Shown: piece by piece, positions 9,796 through 19,587 of the stretch
How the letters are laid out: each line of letters opens with the position of its first letter
Numbering within the stretch: the stretch's first letter is position 1
Assembly: GCA_047150005.1 (NCBI GenBank)
Contig: AP038806.1
Coordinates: 3,552,001 to 3,616,000 of the forward strand
DNA from: Nitrospira sp.
Lineage (GTDB): Bacteria > Nitrospirota > Nitrospiria > Nitrospirales > Nitrospiraceae
Direction: 5' to 3'
DNA length: 64,000 nucleotides
Notes under the pieces: generated by a model
What the model was told of the DNA's origin: nothing
What the model saw: only the letters and a program-made list of their open reading frames with translations
The model's database searches: none
Made by a program: the position numbers and the translations under genes

Positions 9796-11208
9796 TCACG
9801 GTCTGGGTTCCTCAGATGGATCGAACGGACTCGGTTGTTCGATCATCGGCTCATCCGTCTGCTCCCCTTCCACCCCTCGGCTCATGACGGCGGTGGTTCC
9901 GCTTCCAAGCACGCCTGACGAGATCGTGCCGCCGATCCGGCATGTAAACTCGCGGGACGCGCCCGGTGGGAATGTGCCGGAGAACTGAGCGAGGTTACCC
10001 GCAAAGGGAAGGGCCTGGGTTTGCGCGGCGCCGTTTGCAATTGTCGTCATGGTGAATCCGACAATCTGCGGCGGCCCAAATCTCCCGCTGGTCTGATTGG
10101 CATCGAGCTGGCAAATGATTCCTTGCGCCTGACCGCCATCACACATCGCGCCTTCTTCCACGCCCGCGACGTTGAGGGGGCCCCAATAGGGCGTGTTCGG
10201 GTGGCTGCAGCCCACCACGATCTTGCCCTTTGCCCCCCATCCGCTCCAGCGCACGCGCGTGTTGCCGGACAATGTGGCGTCCGTCTTGCCCATCGTTTGC
10301 AGAATCCAATCGCGGTAGACGAAAACATCGGTAAACACCGCCTCGCCGGTTGGGGTCATACAGTCTCCGACTGTGCCTTGCGAGGCGATCCCGCGTACGA
10401 CCGCGCGGCCGTTCTCGACCGTCACGAATCCCGAGCCGCTATCGCCCGGACAGAGCGAGGTGTTGCCGGCCGTGTTGGCCGGCACGAAAATCTTCGTGGG
10501 GGATGCGAGGGCCGAGATGGGCCCACGGAAGATAGCAGCCTGCCCAGGAGGAACCGGACCATCGTGCCTGATCGACGCCACAGTTCCCACTCTGCCTGCC
10601 TGGCGTGGCGTTCTCGGGAGTCCGACCGTCTGGAGCGCGAAGTTGACAGGAAACGGTGATGCCAGCTTGATCAGGGCGATGTCGTTCGCGTGATCATTCT
10701 GAGGGTTGTACTGGGGGTGCTTGAACGCGCCGCGGTTGGTCGCAGGCCCGACCGTTTGATCCGGCTGGCGCGACTCGGTGTACGCTCTGCCATACGAATC
10801 AGTTCGAGTATAGGTCACGCCGCTATGGGGATTGAAATCTAGACAATGGGCCGCGGTCAGGAACCATTGCGGATCGATGAGCACCCCGCCACAGCCGGCC
10901 ATCCGTCCGACCCAGGGATATTTGTAGTCGGGCTCGTTGATGCCGCCACCAACAACCGGCGCCGGTCCGGTCGGTCCGGCGGAAGGAGCCGGTGGCGCGG
11001 TCGGCGTCATCGTCGCACCTTGTTTCTGAAATACCCCCATGTCGCGCATCACGGCCCGTTCTTGGACAGCGTTGGGATCCCCGGCCGGTGTGGGTGAGGG
11101 CGCGGGATCACCCGTGCATCCGATAAAGAAGCTGCCTATGGCCATGACGAGGAACAGCGAGACCGCCGCACGCGGGGTTCGATACTGACGGCCATTGAGA
11201 GAGCTCAT
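9796..11208 (-). CDS. S1 (chymotrypsin-fold) serine protease, predicted lipoprotein
   Basis: FIGC lipobox; TAAHC / DIAL / GDSGSG triad; VQERAV and SRGVEGE motifs. Confidence 0.88.
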   Translation of the reverse strand: MSSLNGRQYRTPRAAVSLFLVMAIGSFFIGCTGDPAPSPTPAGDPNAVQERAVMRDMGVFQKQGATMTPTAPPAPSAGPTGPAPVVGGGINEPDYKYPWVGRMAGCGGVLIDPQWFLTAAHCLDFNPHSGVTYTRTDSYGRAYTESRQPDQTVGPATNRGAFKHPQYNPQNDHANDIALIKLASPFPVNFALQTVGLPRTPRQAGRVGTVASIRHDGPVPPGQAAIFRGPISALASPTKIFVPANTAGNTSLCPGDSGSGFVTVENGRAVVRGIASQGTVGDCMTPTGEAVFTDVFVYRDWILQTMGKTDATLSGNTRVRWSGWGAKGKIVVGCSHPNTPYWGPLNVAGVEEGAMCDGGQAQGIICQLDANQTSGRFGPPQIVGFTMTTIANGAAQTQALPFAGNLAQFSGTFPPGASREFTCRIGGTISSGVLGSGTTAVMSRGVEGEQTDEPMIEQPSPFDPSEEPRP

Positions 11209-11372
11209 GATGGACCTCCATTCGTCTTAGGATGCTCTTGGCACACGGGCGGCGGGAAGAATGTACGGAGTCATCCCCCCGTCATGGTTCCGGCCTCTTT
11301 GATTCGGCGCGTCCCCACAGGTCGGCCGGATGCGACACCTGGGCGCAGTCTCTGAAACTCCTCATCCTCCGC

Positions 11373-12434
11373 TCAGAATTGGTCGAACGGCATCAGCGCC
11401 TTGATGATCGTGTAGGTAATCCGCGCTACGCACGAATTGCCGCCAAATGCGCCCCGAAGTCCGGGCGGCCCTGTCGCCTCCTTCTTCAAGAAAAAGTCAT
11501 ACTTGGTCGTCGGTCCCGGCACCAAGGGTATGGCTGACGGTCCAAATCGAGTAGGGCTGTATTGAGGGAGCTGATAAAAGAAAGGATCGCCCTCTCTAAA
11601 TTGCACAGACGGCTCCATGAGCTTGTCCCGTGCAGCGACCTCCTTGCGGGTCCATGAGAATTGTGTGATCCCTCTTGCCTCGTCACCACCGAGTTTGAAC
11701 GTTTGCTCATGGAACTGACCGTCAGGCGAATACCACAAGAAGCCGATGTCACTTTTCCCAACGAGATCGCACTTGGAGGCCATGACGAATCTCAAATCCG
11801 TGACAAACACGTCATAGAGCGGGGTGATCGTGACCTGCTTGTTGAACCCGGTACCTTGCCCATTGGGGACCAACTCGCGCACAGTAATCTGGACGTTCAT
11901 CGGCCGAGGCTGCCCATTCCCTTCAGCATCGCGGTACGAGAGGGTCAGGCCAGTGGCGGGACTATAGGTTCGTTTCAGAATCTGCGATTTGAGCGGAGAG
12001 CTATAGAAGACTTCGACCTCGACGGGCACCGTCACCGGGAGATTGGGAGGAACGCGAAGATTGACGGAGATGCTCTTCGACGTCACCTTGATCGCGTTGC
12101 GGATGGCGGTGAGACTTGGGGTTGGGGCCGGAATAGGCAACAATTTGGCGCCGGGCGCCACAGCCCCCGGCAGGATCCCTCGTTCCTGAATGTCGGTGGC
12201 CTCGGACGCCGGCGCGGACTCGTCGGGCATCGTGGGAGCCATGGCGGGGGATGCCGGTTCTTGCTCGGTTGTCGCGGTCCCGGCCTCACCCCCGACTGCC
12301 CGTTCCTGTACATCTTTTGGATCTTGGTCCGGCGCATGATAAGGCTCGATTGGATCCCGAAACTGGGCGAAGGTTGGAGCCAGGAGAAAGGACCATCCCA
12401 TTGCGAGAAGGAGCACATGGCGGAGTGTTATCAT
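11373..12434 (-). CDS. Secreted hypothetical protein (paralogue family P1)
   Basis: Signal peptide; DVQERAV and DIQERGI; mature part nearly identical to 17994..18989. Confidence 0.8.
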   Translation of the reverse strand: MITLRHVLLLAMGWSFLLAPTFAQFRDPIEPYHAPDQDPKDVQERAVGGEAGTATTEQEPASPAMAPTMPDESAPASEATDIQERGILPGAVAPGAKLLPIPAPTPSLTAIRNAIKVTSKSISVNLRVPPNLPVTVPVEVEVFYSSPLKSQILKRTYSPATGLTLSYRDAEGNGQPRPMNVQITVRELVPNGQGTGFNKQVTITPLYDVFVTDLRFVMASKCDLVGKSDIGFLWYSPDGQFHEQTFKLGGDEARGITQFSWTRKEVAARDKLMEPSVQFREGDPFFYQLPQYSPTRFGPSAIPLVPGPTTKYDFFLKKEATGPPGLRGAFGGNSCVARITYTIIKALMPFDQF

Positions 12435-12504
12435 ATGACCTCTCCCATTCACATGACCATAACCGGTCTGCTGCTTCGGCACTCACTCTCGGTTGCGCCA
12501 TAGG

Positions 12505-15500
12505 CTACCAGGCGGGAGCACAGTTGACGCGTGCGTTTGTCTGGTGTTTTGCCACTGTCACACAACTGGCCCATCCCAACGTCTTCCAATCATCATAGTC
12601 GTTGTACGTGAGGTCGGCCATGCCATCGGCGTGAGGGCGAAAGCGAACATGGTTTTCAAGCGCAGGCTTGTGAATAGAGTATGTCATCGCCGCGCGAAGC
12701 GCTGTCTCACTTGGCGTCACCAGCGACATGCCGTAGACGAACGACCACACATTGTCAAAATACGAATTGAGGCCAATGCGCAACTTTCCGTCAGAGGCGA
12801 CATATGACATGGCCATGCGAGTTGCGTTGGTCGGCGGATAGCTCGGCGGAGGCGGTTGGTACTCCAGGAACAGTATGTAAAAGCGCCCTGTAGAAAGGAG
12901 CGTCGTGCCGGACGGGGGCGCCATTTCGGAGGGAAGCGGCGTCAGCACATCCAGCGGGAGCTTGCGCTGAACCGCGCGTTCCTGAATCTCCTCAGGGGGC
13001 GTCCCTTTCTGGGACGCTTGGTCCTGCTCGCTCAGCGAGGTGGGAGGAGCGGGAAGATCGGTTGCTGGCGGTATGTGCGGATCCCGCGGTTCTTGGATCT
13101 CCCCAGACGGCGGCTGGGCATGTTCCTCCTGCAACACCCCCCGGGATCGCGTAGACGTCGAAGCGGTTGCTCCCGACGTCGTCAGGATGCCTCCATCCCC
13201 TGGGCCCGGCGTCCATGCCATGACCGGCCGGCCCACGGACGAAGGCAGCGTGTCGTAGGGAATGGGGATTCGCCCCCATCCGGGGCCGGGCAATTGAGAA
13301 GCATAGAGCTGAATGCGGGCTTGTGGGTCAGTGAATGCACCGATCAGGTGCTCTTGTCCGGCCACGATGCCGAGAGGGAGGTAGACATATGCCAGCGCGG
13401 GTGACGTATTTGGATGCACCACGACCGACTGCCCTCCGACCGTCACGACCTGCTCAGCCGACCAACCAGCTCCTGTGAAACTGCGCACTCGGACCACGTT
13501 GTCGGTCCCTTTATACCCCAACGCCAAGCTGGCTAGGTTGCGGGAGTTGGCCAACGAAGGTTCGCCGGCGGCCGGCGACGATCCGTCGACGGTGATGACC
13601 GCGTTCCAGACATTCAATCCGGCACTCACGGTCACCCATGTATAAAACATTGTCCCGTCGGGGCGAATACCGACCAGAATGATCATCTCAACGCCCTTCA
13701 CCTTGACGGTCTTCGCATCGATCGCGGAGATCGGTCCGATATCACGAGTTCCCGGCTGCACAAATGTTGGCACGGGGCAACTGTCGACGTTGGGCGAGCA
13801 GTTCCAGGCCGACGTATAGCTGTAGGCGAGACGTCCATTCAGGTCGACGGCAAACATCCAGATCTGATTGTTGAAGCGCACGACCGCAGGACTGCGCTGG
13901 CTCTGGATTCCGGAATCTTGCTCACCTTGACGGGTAAACTCGCACATTCCGCCTGGCTGGTAATTGGCGTACGCGCGCACCCGAACGTTCGCGGGAGAAA
14001 AGATGCCGTCTCGGTTCCAATCGACGTGCCCTGTGAGCGGGTCAACCTTGTAACCAAAGATGTTGACGAGCACATCACGGAGGGGCTGATCGGAGGGGTT
14101 GAAGACATCGCTCTCCAGGAGGGAATGGTTATTCAACTGCAGGGAGCTACGCCGCCCATCGGAAAACTGCAAGGGGCCCGCGTAGCTCATGAGACTCAGG
14201 TAATTGGGCTTGCAATTGGGCTCGTTCAGGCCGAATGGGCCGTTGTGATTTATCCCCATGGTGTGGCCGAATTCGTGGGACGCAACGAAGACTGAATTCA
14301 TATTGAATCCGCAGGCGATACTACCTCCGGAGCAGGCTCCGCCACCGCTGGTATAGCCCATGACGTAGTGGAACACACCATGCCGCGATCGATCCATTTG
14401 CACCGACCAGACCTCCTCCGGTCTTTGTGGACCGGTCGGTAATGCGTCCACTGGATTGTAGCCACCCCAGTCGCCGTAGATGGTGGCATCCTCTGGTCGC
14501 TCAGGCGGCACCCCGGTATCGAGGTGGAGACGGATACCGGGAAGACCGTCTGGATTGGCGCTGCTCGCGGCATGCGCCGCGCGCAGCGCAGGGTCGGTGG
14601 TCGCGGCATCTGCATACACGGCCGCCATCTGGCGGGCCGCCTCCGGGGGCATGCGGCTCGAGACCCCCTGCTGGTTCTCAGCGAGGTTGAGACGGCGGAA
14701 GTCCACTTCGATAAATACATCCTTGTGGCGAGGGTTTGCCCCCCACCCAGGCAAATCCAGGAACACGGGCTTGTTCTGACTGTTGGTAGCCCGTTTTCCC
14801 AGCACCTCCCAGCCGTCCAGCAGTCCATCGCCATCGGTGTCTCGCGGATCGGCGATGGCATTACAATTGACGCCAGCGACGGAGCTCGTCTTCGATGCGC
14901 AAGTTCCGAGAGCTGCCTCGAGCTGGTCCCCGAGCCCATCCCCATCGGTGTCGTTCGCAACGTCGTTAGGAGGCAGTGACTGGCCTTGATGATCCCGTAC
15001 GACGGGTCCTCCACCACAGGAGGCCGGTGGCGCGCTCGCAGGATGGGGCGGTAATAGCGGAGCGACCACGGCAGTGCTATTGATAGGTGTTGTTCCGCTT
15101 GCTCGTTGGCGTTCCCAATGGCCCGCGACAAACTGGCCGTTTTGCACACTCGCTCGTGCCCAGACAAATCCCTGAGGATCAGGACTGCCAAACACGCAGA
15201 TGTACGAGAGCTTATCGCCAAAATTCACCTGTGAGAGATCGGGGCGGTCTTCCAATACATCTACTGAGAGACCATAGCCCCCTCCTGCATCGACGTGTTC
15301 GTAGAGGACCGCCACCAGACCTGGAGCGACTCGTATTGAGGACGCAACATCATTGAGCTCAGAGAATATATATCCACCAACACCGAGTGTTTGGCTCCGA
15401 CCCGCAAAATTGGGGTGCTCATAGATCACAACGCTTGGGGGTGCGACCACCGCAGCCGCACGTTGCACGGCCTGCGTGGGCGCGAGCTGCACGGCTTGCA

Positions 15501-15951
15501 TGACCGTAGCGGTCTTCGTCACGGCACGAGTCTTCACCCCGCTGTAGGTTCCGATTGCGTCCAACCCGGTTCCGCCCGGGAAGAGCAGCACCACATGCAA
15601 GACGTCCGGCTGTTCCGGATCGGGAACGGTGATGGGAACAGGACTCTCAACCGTCTGCTGGTGCATGAAGGTGCCCGCGTCGATCACCACCGACTCGCCC
15701 TTCTCGGCTGGTACGAGGCGGATTCGGTTAATGTCCTCGGCTTCCACGCGATAACTGCCCGGCCCGACAACCACATCCTGGCCCTTCGCGTCGGTGAAGT
15801 GCAGGGCCTGCGTCAGCGACACCATGCCCTCCCGTACCTCCCCAACTTGGTCTGGTTGACCCTTCTCTTCAGCGAAGGGGGGCAGGGAAGTAGTCTGGCT
15901 TAGCGTCAGCAACGTCAGAACTATGAGTAACACCCCGCGCTGGTTCTTCAT
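12505..15951 (-). CDS. Large secreted multidomain metzincin-like metalloprotease (domain A, beta/gamma-crystallin, Ca-binding DxDxDG, HExxHxxGxxH)
   Basis: VVIYEHPNFAGRS crystallin; DTDGDG x2; HEFGHTMGINH with SLMSY Met-turn; KTRAV, SRGV, EIQERAV. Confidence 0.78.
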   Translation of the reverse strand: MKNQRGVLLIVLTLLTLSQTTSLPPFAEEKGQPDQVGEVREGMVSLTQALHFTDAKGQDVVVGPGSYRVEAEDINRIRLVPAEKGESVVIDAGTFMHQQTVESPVPITVPDPEQPDVLHVVLLFPGGTGLDAIGTYSGVKTRAVTKTATVMQAVQLAPTQAVQRAAAVVAPPSVVIYEHPNFAGRSQTLGVGGYIFSELNDVASSIRVAPGLVAVLYEHVDAGGGYGLSVDVLEDRPDLSQVNFGDKLSYICVFGSPDPQGFVWARASVQNGQFVAGHWERQRASGTTPINSTAVVAPLLPPHPASAPPASCGGGPVVRDHQGQSLPPNDVANDTDGDGLGDQLEAALGTCASKTSSVAGVNCNAIADPRDTDGDGLLDGWEVLGKRATNSQNKPVFLDLPGWGANPRHKDVFIEVDFRRLNLAENQQGVSSRMPPEAARQMAAVYADAATTDPALRAAHAASSANPDGLPGIRLHLDTGVPPERPEDATIYGDWGGYNPVDALPTGPQRPEEVWSVQMDRSRHGVFHYVMGYTSGGGACSGGSIACGFNMNSVFVASHEFGHTMGINHNGPFGLNEPNCKPNYLSLMSYAGPLQFSDGRRSSLQLNNHSLLESDVFNPSDQPLRDVLVNIFGYKVDPLTGHVDWNRDGIFSPANVRVRAYANYQPGGMCEFTRQGEQDSGIQSQRSPAVVRFNNQIWMFAVDLNGRLAYSYTSAWNCSPNVDSCPVPTFVQPGTRDIGPISAIDAKTVKVKGVEMIILVGIRPDGTMFYTWVTVSAGLNVWNAVITVDGSSPAAGEPSLANSRNLASLALGYKGTDNVVRVRSFTGAGWSAEQVVTVGGQSVVVHPNTSPALAYVYLPLGIVAGQEHLIGAFTDPQARIQLYASQLPGPGWGRIPIPYDTLPSSVGRPVMAWTPGPGDGGILTTSGATASTSTRSRGVLQEEHAQPPSGEIQEPRDPHIPPATDLPAPPTSLSEQDQASQKGTPPEEIQERAVQRKLPLDVLTPLPSEMAPPSGTTLLSTGRFYILFLEYQPPPPSYPPTNATRMAMSYVASDGKLRIGLNSYFDNVWSFVYGMSLVTPSETALRAAMTYSIHKPALENHVRFRPHADGMADLTYNDYDDWKTLGWASCVTVAKHQTNARVNCAPAW

Positions 15952-16060
15952 GTTCACCCCCCCACGAGTCACGAAGTCCTGATTGGACCTCTTTGTCACT
16001 GATCCTCCGTGAAATGCTACAAGCCAGCCATGATCATCCATCGTTCATGAAAACTTTCAA

Positions 16061-17311
16061 TCACTGTAGGACCACCGGCGACGCCAGGCCGAACACGACC
16101 AACTGGAACTTCTCATTCGCCGTCGGGGCGCCGTCCCGGCGGGTGGTGAGTGATATGTGTCCCGACGAGTCCTTGTAGATGCCCATGAAGAAGTTGCTGG
16201 ACGTCTGAATCGAATAGGTACAGTTGCCTTGATCGATCACCCGGAACTTTTCCCAGGCCTTCACTTGGGTCGCATCGGTGTGAAAGATCTGCGTGAAACC
16301 TTCGAGGCAGGCGCCGGTGAGGCTGAAGCCGCATGTCGCGTATTTTTGGACCTGTCCCCCTCCGCCCAACGCGGTCAAGTAGTTCACGCCGTTCCCTGTC
16401 TGAAAGGCATAGGTCCCGTCGCTCTGTCGGAATAACTTGAATCTCGATCCGACTCCGGAGGGTCCGCTCAGCACGACATAATTGGATGAGCCGCCACCGT
16501 TACTGGCGGTGAGGAAGTAGCCATTGGCAGCCAAGATCCCGTACTCGTAGGCCGATCCTGGATCGCCGCACTTGACGATTCGGAACTGCTCCCATCCCTT
16601 AATCTGCGTGGCATTGGTGTGGATGGCATCCTGATACTTGCCTCCCGCGCCCATGGCTGTAAGGTAATTGCCTTTGATCGTTTGGAGGCCATAGTACGTC
16701 GGCGCCGCAGGTATGCCGACTCCTAAGTCGATCAGCCGGAATCGTTCCCAGTCCTTGGCCTGCGTCGCATCCGTGTGAAGGGCGTCGCTTGTTCGACCTC
16801 CACCGCTCACGGCAGTGACATAGTTGCCACTCGTGGTTTGAATGGTCTTGTCGTGCGGCGAGGGAGGCGTTGCGATGGCTAATTTGAATTTTTCCCAAGG
16901 GCCAGCCGACGTGGCGGCGGTAATGACGCTAGGATCAGCGGGTCGTCCACCCCCGTTCAGGGCTGTGAGGTAGTAACCCTTTTGGGTCCTGAACGCGAAC
17001 TCGCCGGGGTAGGCTCCTGTTGACAGGGTCACAACACCCTGGAGCGCCATGCCAGAGGCAAAGGCTCCTGGCGCAATCTTGCTCACTCCGCGCTCCTGCA
17101 CATCCCCCGACGCCTCTGCTACCGGTGGTTCTTGAACTGCCGGCGATTCTTGAGCGACTGATGGTTCATCCGGAATGACGGGGACTTCCATTGCGGTTGC
17201 GGGAACTCCTGAGCGGTCAGGAGAAGTTGGCTCTGTTGTCGTACAGCCAATAGTGAGCAGGCATACTCCGTACAAGAGTCTCACCAGAAGCATGAAGGAT
17301 TTCATGGGCAC
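16061..17311 (-). CDS. Lipoprotein with fascin-like beta-trefoil repeats
   Basis: TIGC lipobox; repeated QTxxGNYLTAxxGGG...HTDATQxKxWExF; DVQERGV. Confidence 0.8.
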   Translation of the reverse strand: MPMKSFMLLVRLLYGVCLLTIGCTTTEPTSPDRSGVPATAMEVPVIPDEPSVAQESPAVQEPPVAEASGDVQERGVSKIAPGAFASGMALQGVVTLSTGAYPGEFAFRTQKGYYLTALNGGGRPADPSVITAATSAGPWEKFKLAIATPPSPHDKTIQTTSGNYVTAVSGGGRTSDALHTDATQAKDWERFRLIDLGVGIPAAPTYYGLQTIKGNYLTAMGAGGKYQDAIHTNATQIKGWEQFRIVKCGDPGSAYEYGILAANGYFLTASNGGGSSNYVVLSGPSGVGSRFKLFRQSDGTYAFQTGNGVNYLTALGGGGQVQKYATCGFSLTGACLEGFTQIFHTDATQVKAWEKFRVIDQGNCTYSIQTSSNFFMGIYKDSSGHISLTTRRDGAPTANEKFQLVVFGLASPVVLQ

Positions 17312-17345
17312 CCCTCCTCCCGATACACCTGCACAGCGTGATGCG

Positions 17346-17801
17346 TCATTTAGACTCAGGTGCTGTGCCGGACGGATTGGCCATTCCCGCGTCCGGCTGC
17401 TCGCCCTCGACGCCCCGGCGCTGGATCGTTCCGGCTGGCGCAGGCATTCGACTGGGGGGAGGAGTCTTCGGCTGCAGCTGCGGCACCCCCCCTAGATCGC
17501 GAGCGGCGGAAGTACACGTCGGCAGCGGGTAATGGGGCTCACATTTCTGGCAATTGCTCAATTTCCCTGGGGTGAATGTTTGCCCCCCATCCACGGTGAA
17601 CCTACAGTCCTTGCCATTCGACATGCAGTTTGTCGTCATTGCCCAAGTCAGCTCCTTCCCGCTGCCATTGGAAGCCATACAGGAACACTTGCAATGGGTA
17701 GTATTGAACTCGGGCGGGAGCGCGACACTGACCGCTGCCGTTCCCACCAGCATGGCGAGGCTCAGGGTCCCGACCACGAACACTTTCACGATCGCTCTCA
17801 T
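17346..17801 (-). CDS. Small secreted Cys-rich protein
   Basis: AAGGAGG RBS; signal peptide; 8 Cys; C-terminal RRGVEGEQ tail. Confidence 0.72.
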   Translation of the reverse strand: MRAIVKVFVVGTLSLAMLVGTAAVSVALPPEFNTTHCKCSCMASNGSGKELTWAMTTNCMSNGKDCRFTVDGGQTFTPGKLSNCQKCEPHYPLPTCTSAARDLGGVPQLQPKTPPPSRMPAPAGTIQRRGVEGEQPDAGMANPSGTAPESK

Positions 17802-17993
17802 CGCTCTCCTCCTTGTGATTGTGGGTTTGATTGCGGTTGACACTCGCCTTTCGCTCCAACGCCCGTGTGCCTCACCGTTCATCGCGGTACAGCTCGCTTG
17901 CAGCTCACTTCCCATCTCTCGCCCGCGCGATCAATCCCTTCAGCCCCTTCTGAAGATCCAACGCTCGCGTCTCGGGTCGGATCGAACCCTCGC

Positions 17994-18989
17994 TCAGAAT
18001 TGGTCGAACGGCATCAGCGCCTTGATGATCGTGTAGATAATCCGCGCTACGCACGAATTACCGCCAAATGCGCCCCGAAGTCCGGGCGGCCCTGTCGCCT
18101 CCTTCTGCAAGAAAAAGTCATACTTGGTCGTCGATCCCGGCACCAAGGGTATGCCTGACCGACCATGGGGAGGGGTGTAATTCGCGAGATCACGCTCGAC
18201 AAAATTCACAGCCGGCTCCATGAGTTTGTCTCGTGCAGTGATTTCCTTGCGGGTCCAAGAGAATCGTGTGATCCCTTTTGCCTCGCCCTTACCGAGTTTG
18301 AACTCTTGCGTATGGCGCTGACCGTCAGGCGAAAACCACCGGAAGGTGATGTCACTTTTCCCAACGAGATCGCACTTGGAGGCCATGACGAATCTCAAAT
18401 CCGTGACAAAGACGTCATAGAGCGGAGTGATCGTAAACTGTTTGTTGAACCCGGTGACTTGCCCATTGGGGACCAGCTCGCGCACAGTAACCACGACGTT
18501 CATCGGGTGAGGCTGCCCGTTCCCTTCAGCATCGCGGTACGAGAGGGTCAGGCCGCTGGTGGGACTATAGGTTTGTTTCAGGATCTGCGATCGGAACGGA
18601 GAGCTGTAGAAGACTTCGACCTCGACGGGCACCGTCACCGGTAGGTTTGCGGGGATACGAAGGTTCACGGAGATACTCTTCGACGTGACCCGTATCGCAT
18701 TTCTGATGGCGGTCAAGCTTGGAGTCGGCGCGCTAACATTCGGATCGGCAAGTTGAAGAGTGGCGCCGGGCGCCACAAGCCCCGGCGCGACACTTCCCGG
18801 CAGGACCCCTCGTTCCTGAATGTCGGCATCCTCCGCCGGCGGAGCTGCTTCTTCGTGGATCACAGGTCCTGTGTCCGGCACCGCCGGTTCGTCCGCAGAG
18901 GTTACCGGTAGGCCGCACAGAAGCGTGGCGCTGCACAAAGACACTGCGCTAAACAGGCGCCCAAGCCGACGGCGAACGATGTGACTCAT
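17994..18989 (-). CDS. Secreted hypothetical protein (paralogue family P1)
   Basis: GGAGG RBS before ATG 18989; DIQERGV; paralogue of 11373..12434. Confidence 0.8.
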   Translation of the reverse strand: MSHIVRRRLGRLFSAVSLCSATLLCGLPVTSADEPAVPDTGPVIHEEAAPPAEDADIQERGVLPGSVAPGLVAPGATLQLADPNVSAPTPSLTAIRNAIRVTSKSISVNLRIPANLPVTVPVEVEVFYSSPFRSQILKQTYSPTSGLTLSYRDAEGNGQPHPMNVVVTVRELVPNGQVTGFNKQFTITPLYDVFVTDLRFVMASKCDLVGKSDITFRWFSPDGQRHTQEFKLGKGEAKGITRFSWTRKEITARDKLMEPAVNFVERDLANYTPPHGRSGIPLVPGSTTKYDFFLQKEATGPPGLRGAFGGNSCVARIIYTIIKALMPFDQF

Positions 18990-19081
18990 GATGGACCTCC
19001 CCTTGATCTCTCTATTTCTTAAGATCGCTCTTGTATCTCCTTTGAGGAACATCCTTTGCCAAGATCTTGTGCAATGACTTT

Positions 19082-19468
19082 TCATTGTCCAGACCGACAG
19101 GAGCAGATAAGAAGATTGAGGCTTGTCGTGCGAGCCGTACTCGGCATTACTTGCTTCGACAGTGCCGGCTCCTGAGGGGGCAGGGGAGGCGGCGGAGAGG
19201 CCGTCTGTCCGAGACAAAACTTCTCCCGTTTGCAGGGTTGCGGCTGCGCCATCTGATTGCAGTTGTCCTGGCCGACGCACAGACAGACTCCTGATCCGCA
19301 TGAGTAGGGAGGGGCCGTCACGACCCCCCTTTGTAGACCTCGCTCCTGCACATCAGATGCTTCTCCGGAAGAGTCTTGCTCGTCGGCAAAAGCGGAATCC
19401 ATACCAGCGGGTTCGAGGAAACACAGTACCGCTGCGAGCGTGCAAATCGTCCATCTCTGGCTATTCAT
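19082..19468 (-). CDS. Small secreted Cys-rich protein
   Basis: Signal peptide ending AFA; DVQERGLQRGV; YSCGSGVCLCVGQDNC...CSC. Confidence 0.7.
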   Translation of the reverse strand: MNSQRWTICTLAAVLCFLEPAGMDSAFADEQDSSGEASDVQERGLQRGVVTAPPYSCGSGVCLCVGQDNCNQMAQPQPCKREKFCLGQTASPPPPLPPQEPALSKQVMPSTARTTSLNLLICSCRSGQ

Positions 19469-19587
19469 GTTCTGCTCCAATTTCACGCGCACTTCAGTTA
19501 CTGATGACAATTATGAGATGTCACCTCTGTCCTTGACGGGAGCCAAATCACAGCAGACCGGCGGAGAGGACACCCTGTTGCCTGTGT

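Noticed and set aside
9796..11208. The S1 protease as the enzyme cutting the Arg motifs
   Set aside because: The residue at the trypsin Asp189 position is Ser (SLCPGDSG vs DSCQGDSG), which argues against Arg specificity. Disfavoured rather than excluded.
11260..11295. Additional ECF promoter upstream of the S1 protease
   Set aside because: GGAACC is present on the minus strand but there is no CGAC at 15-17 nt spacing.
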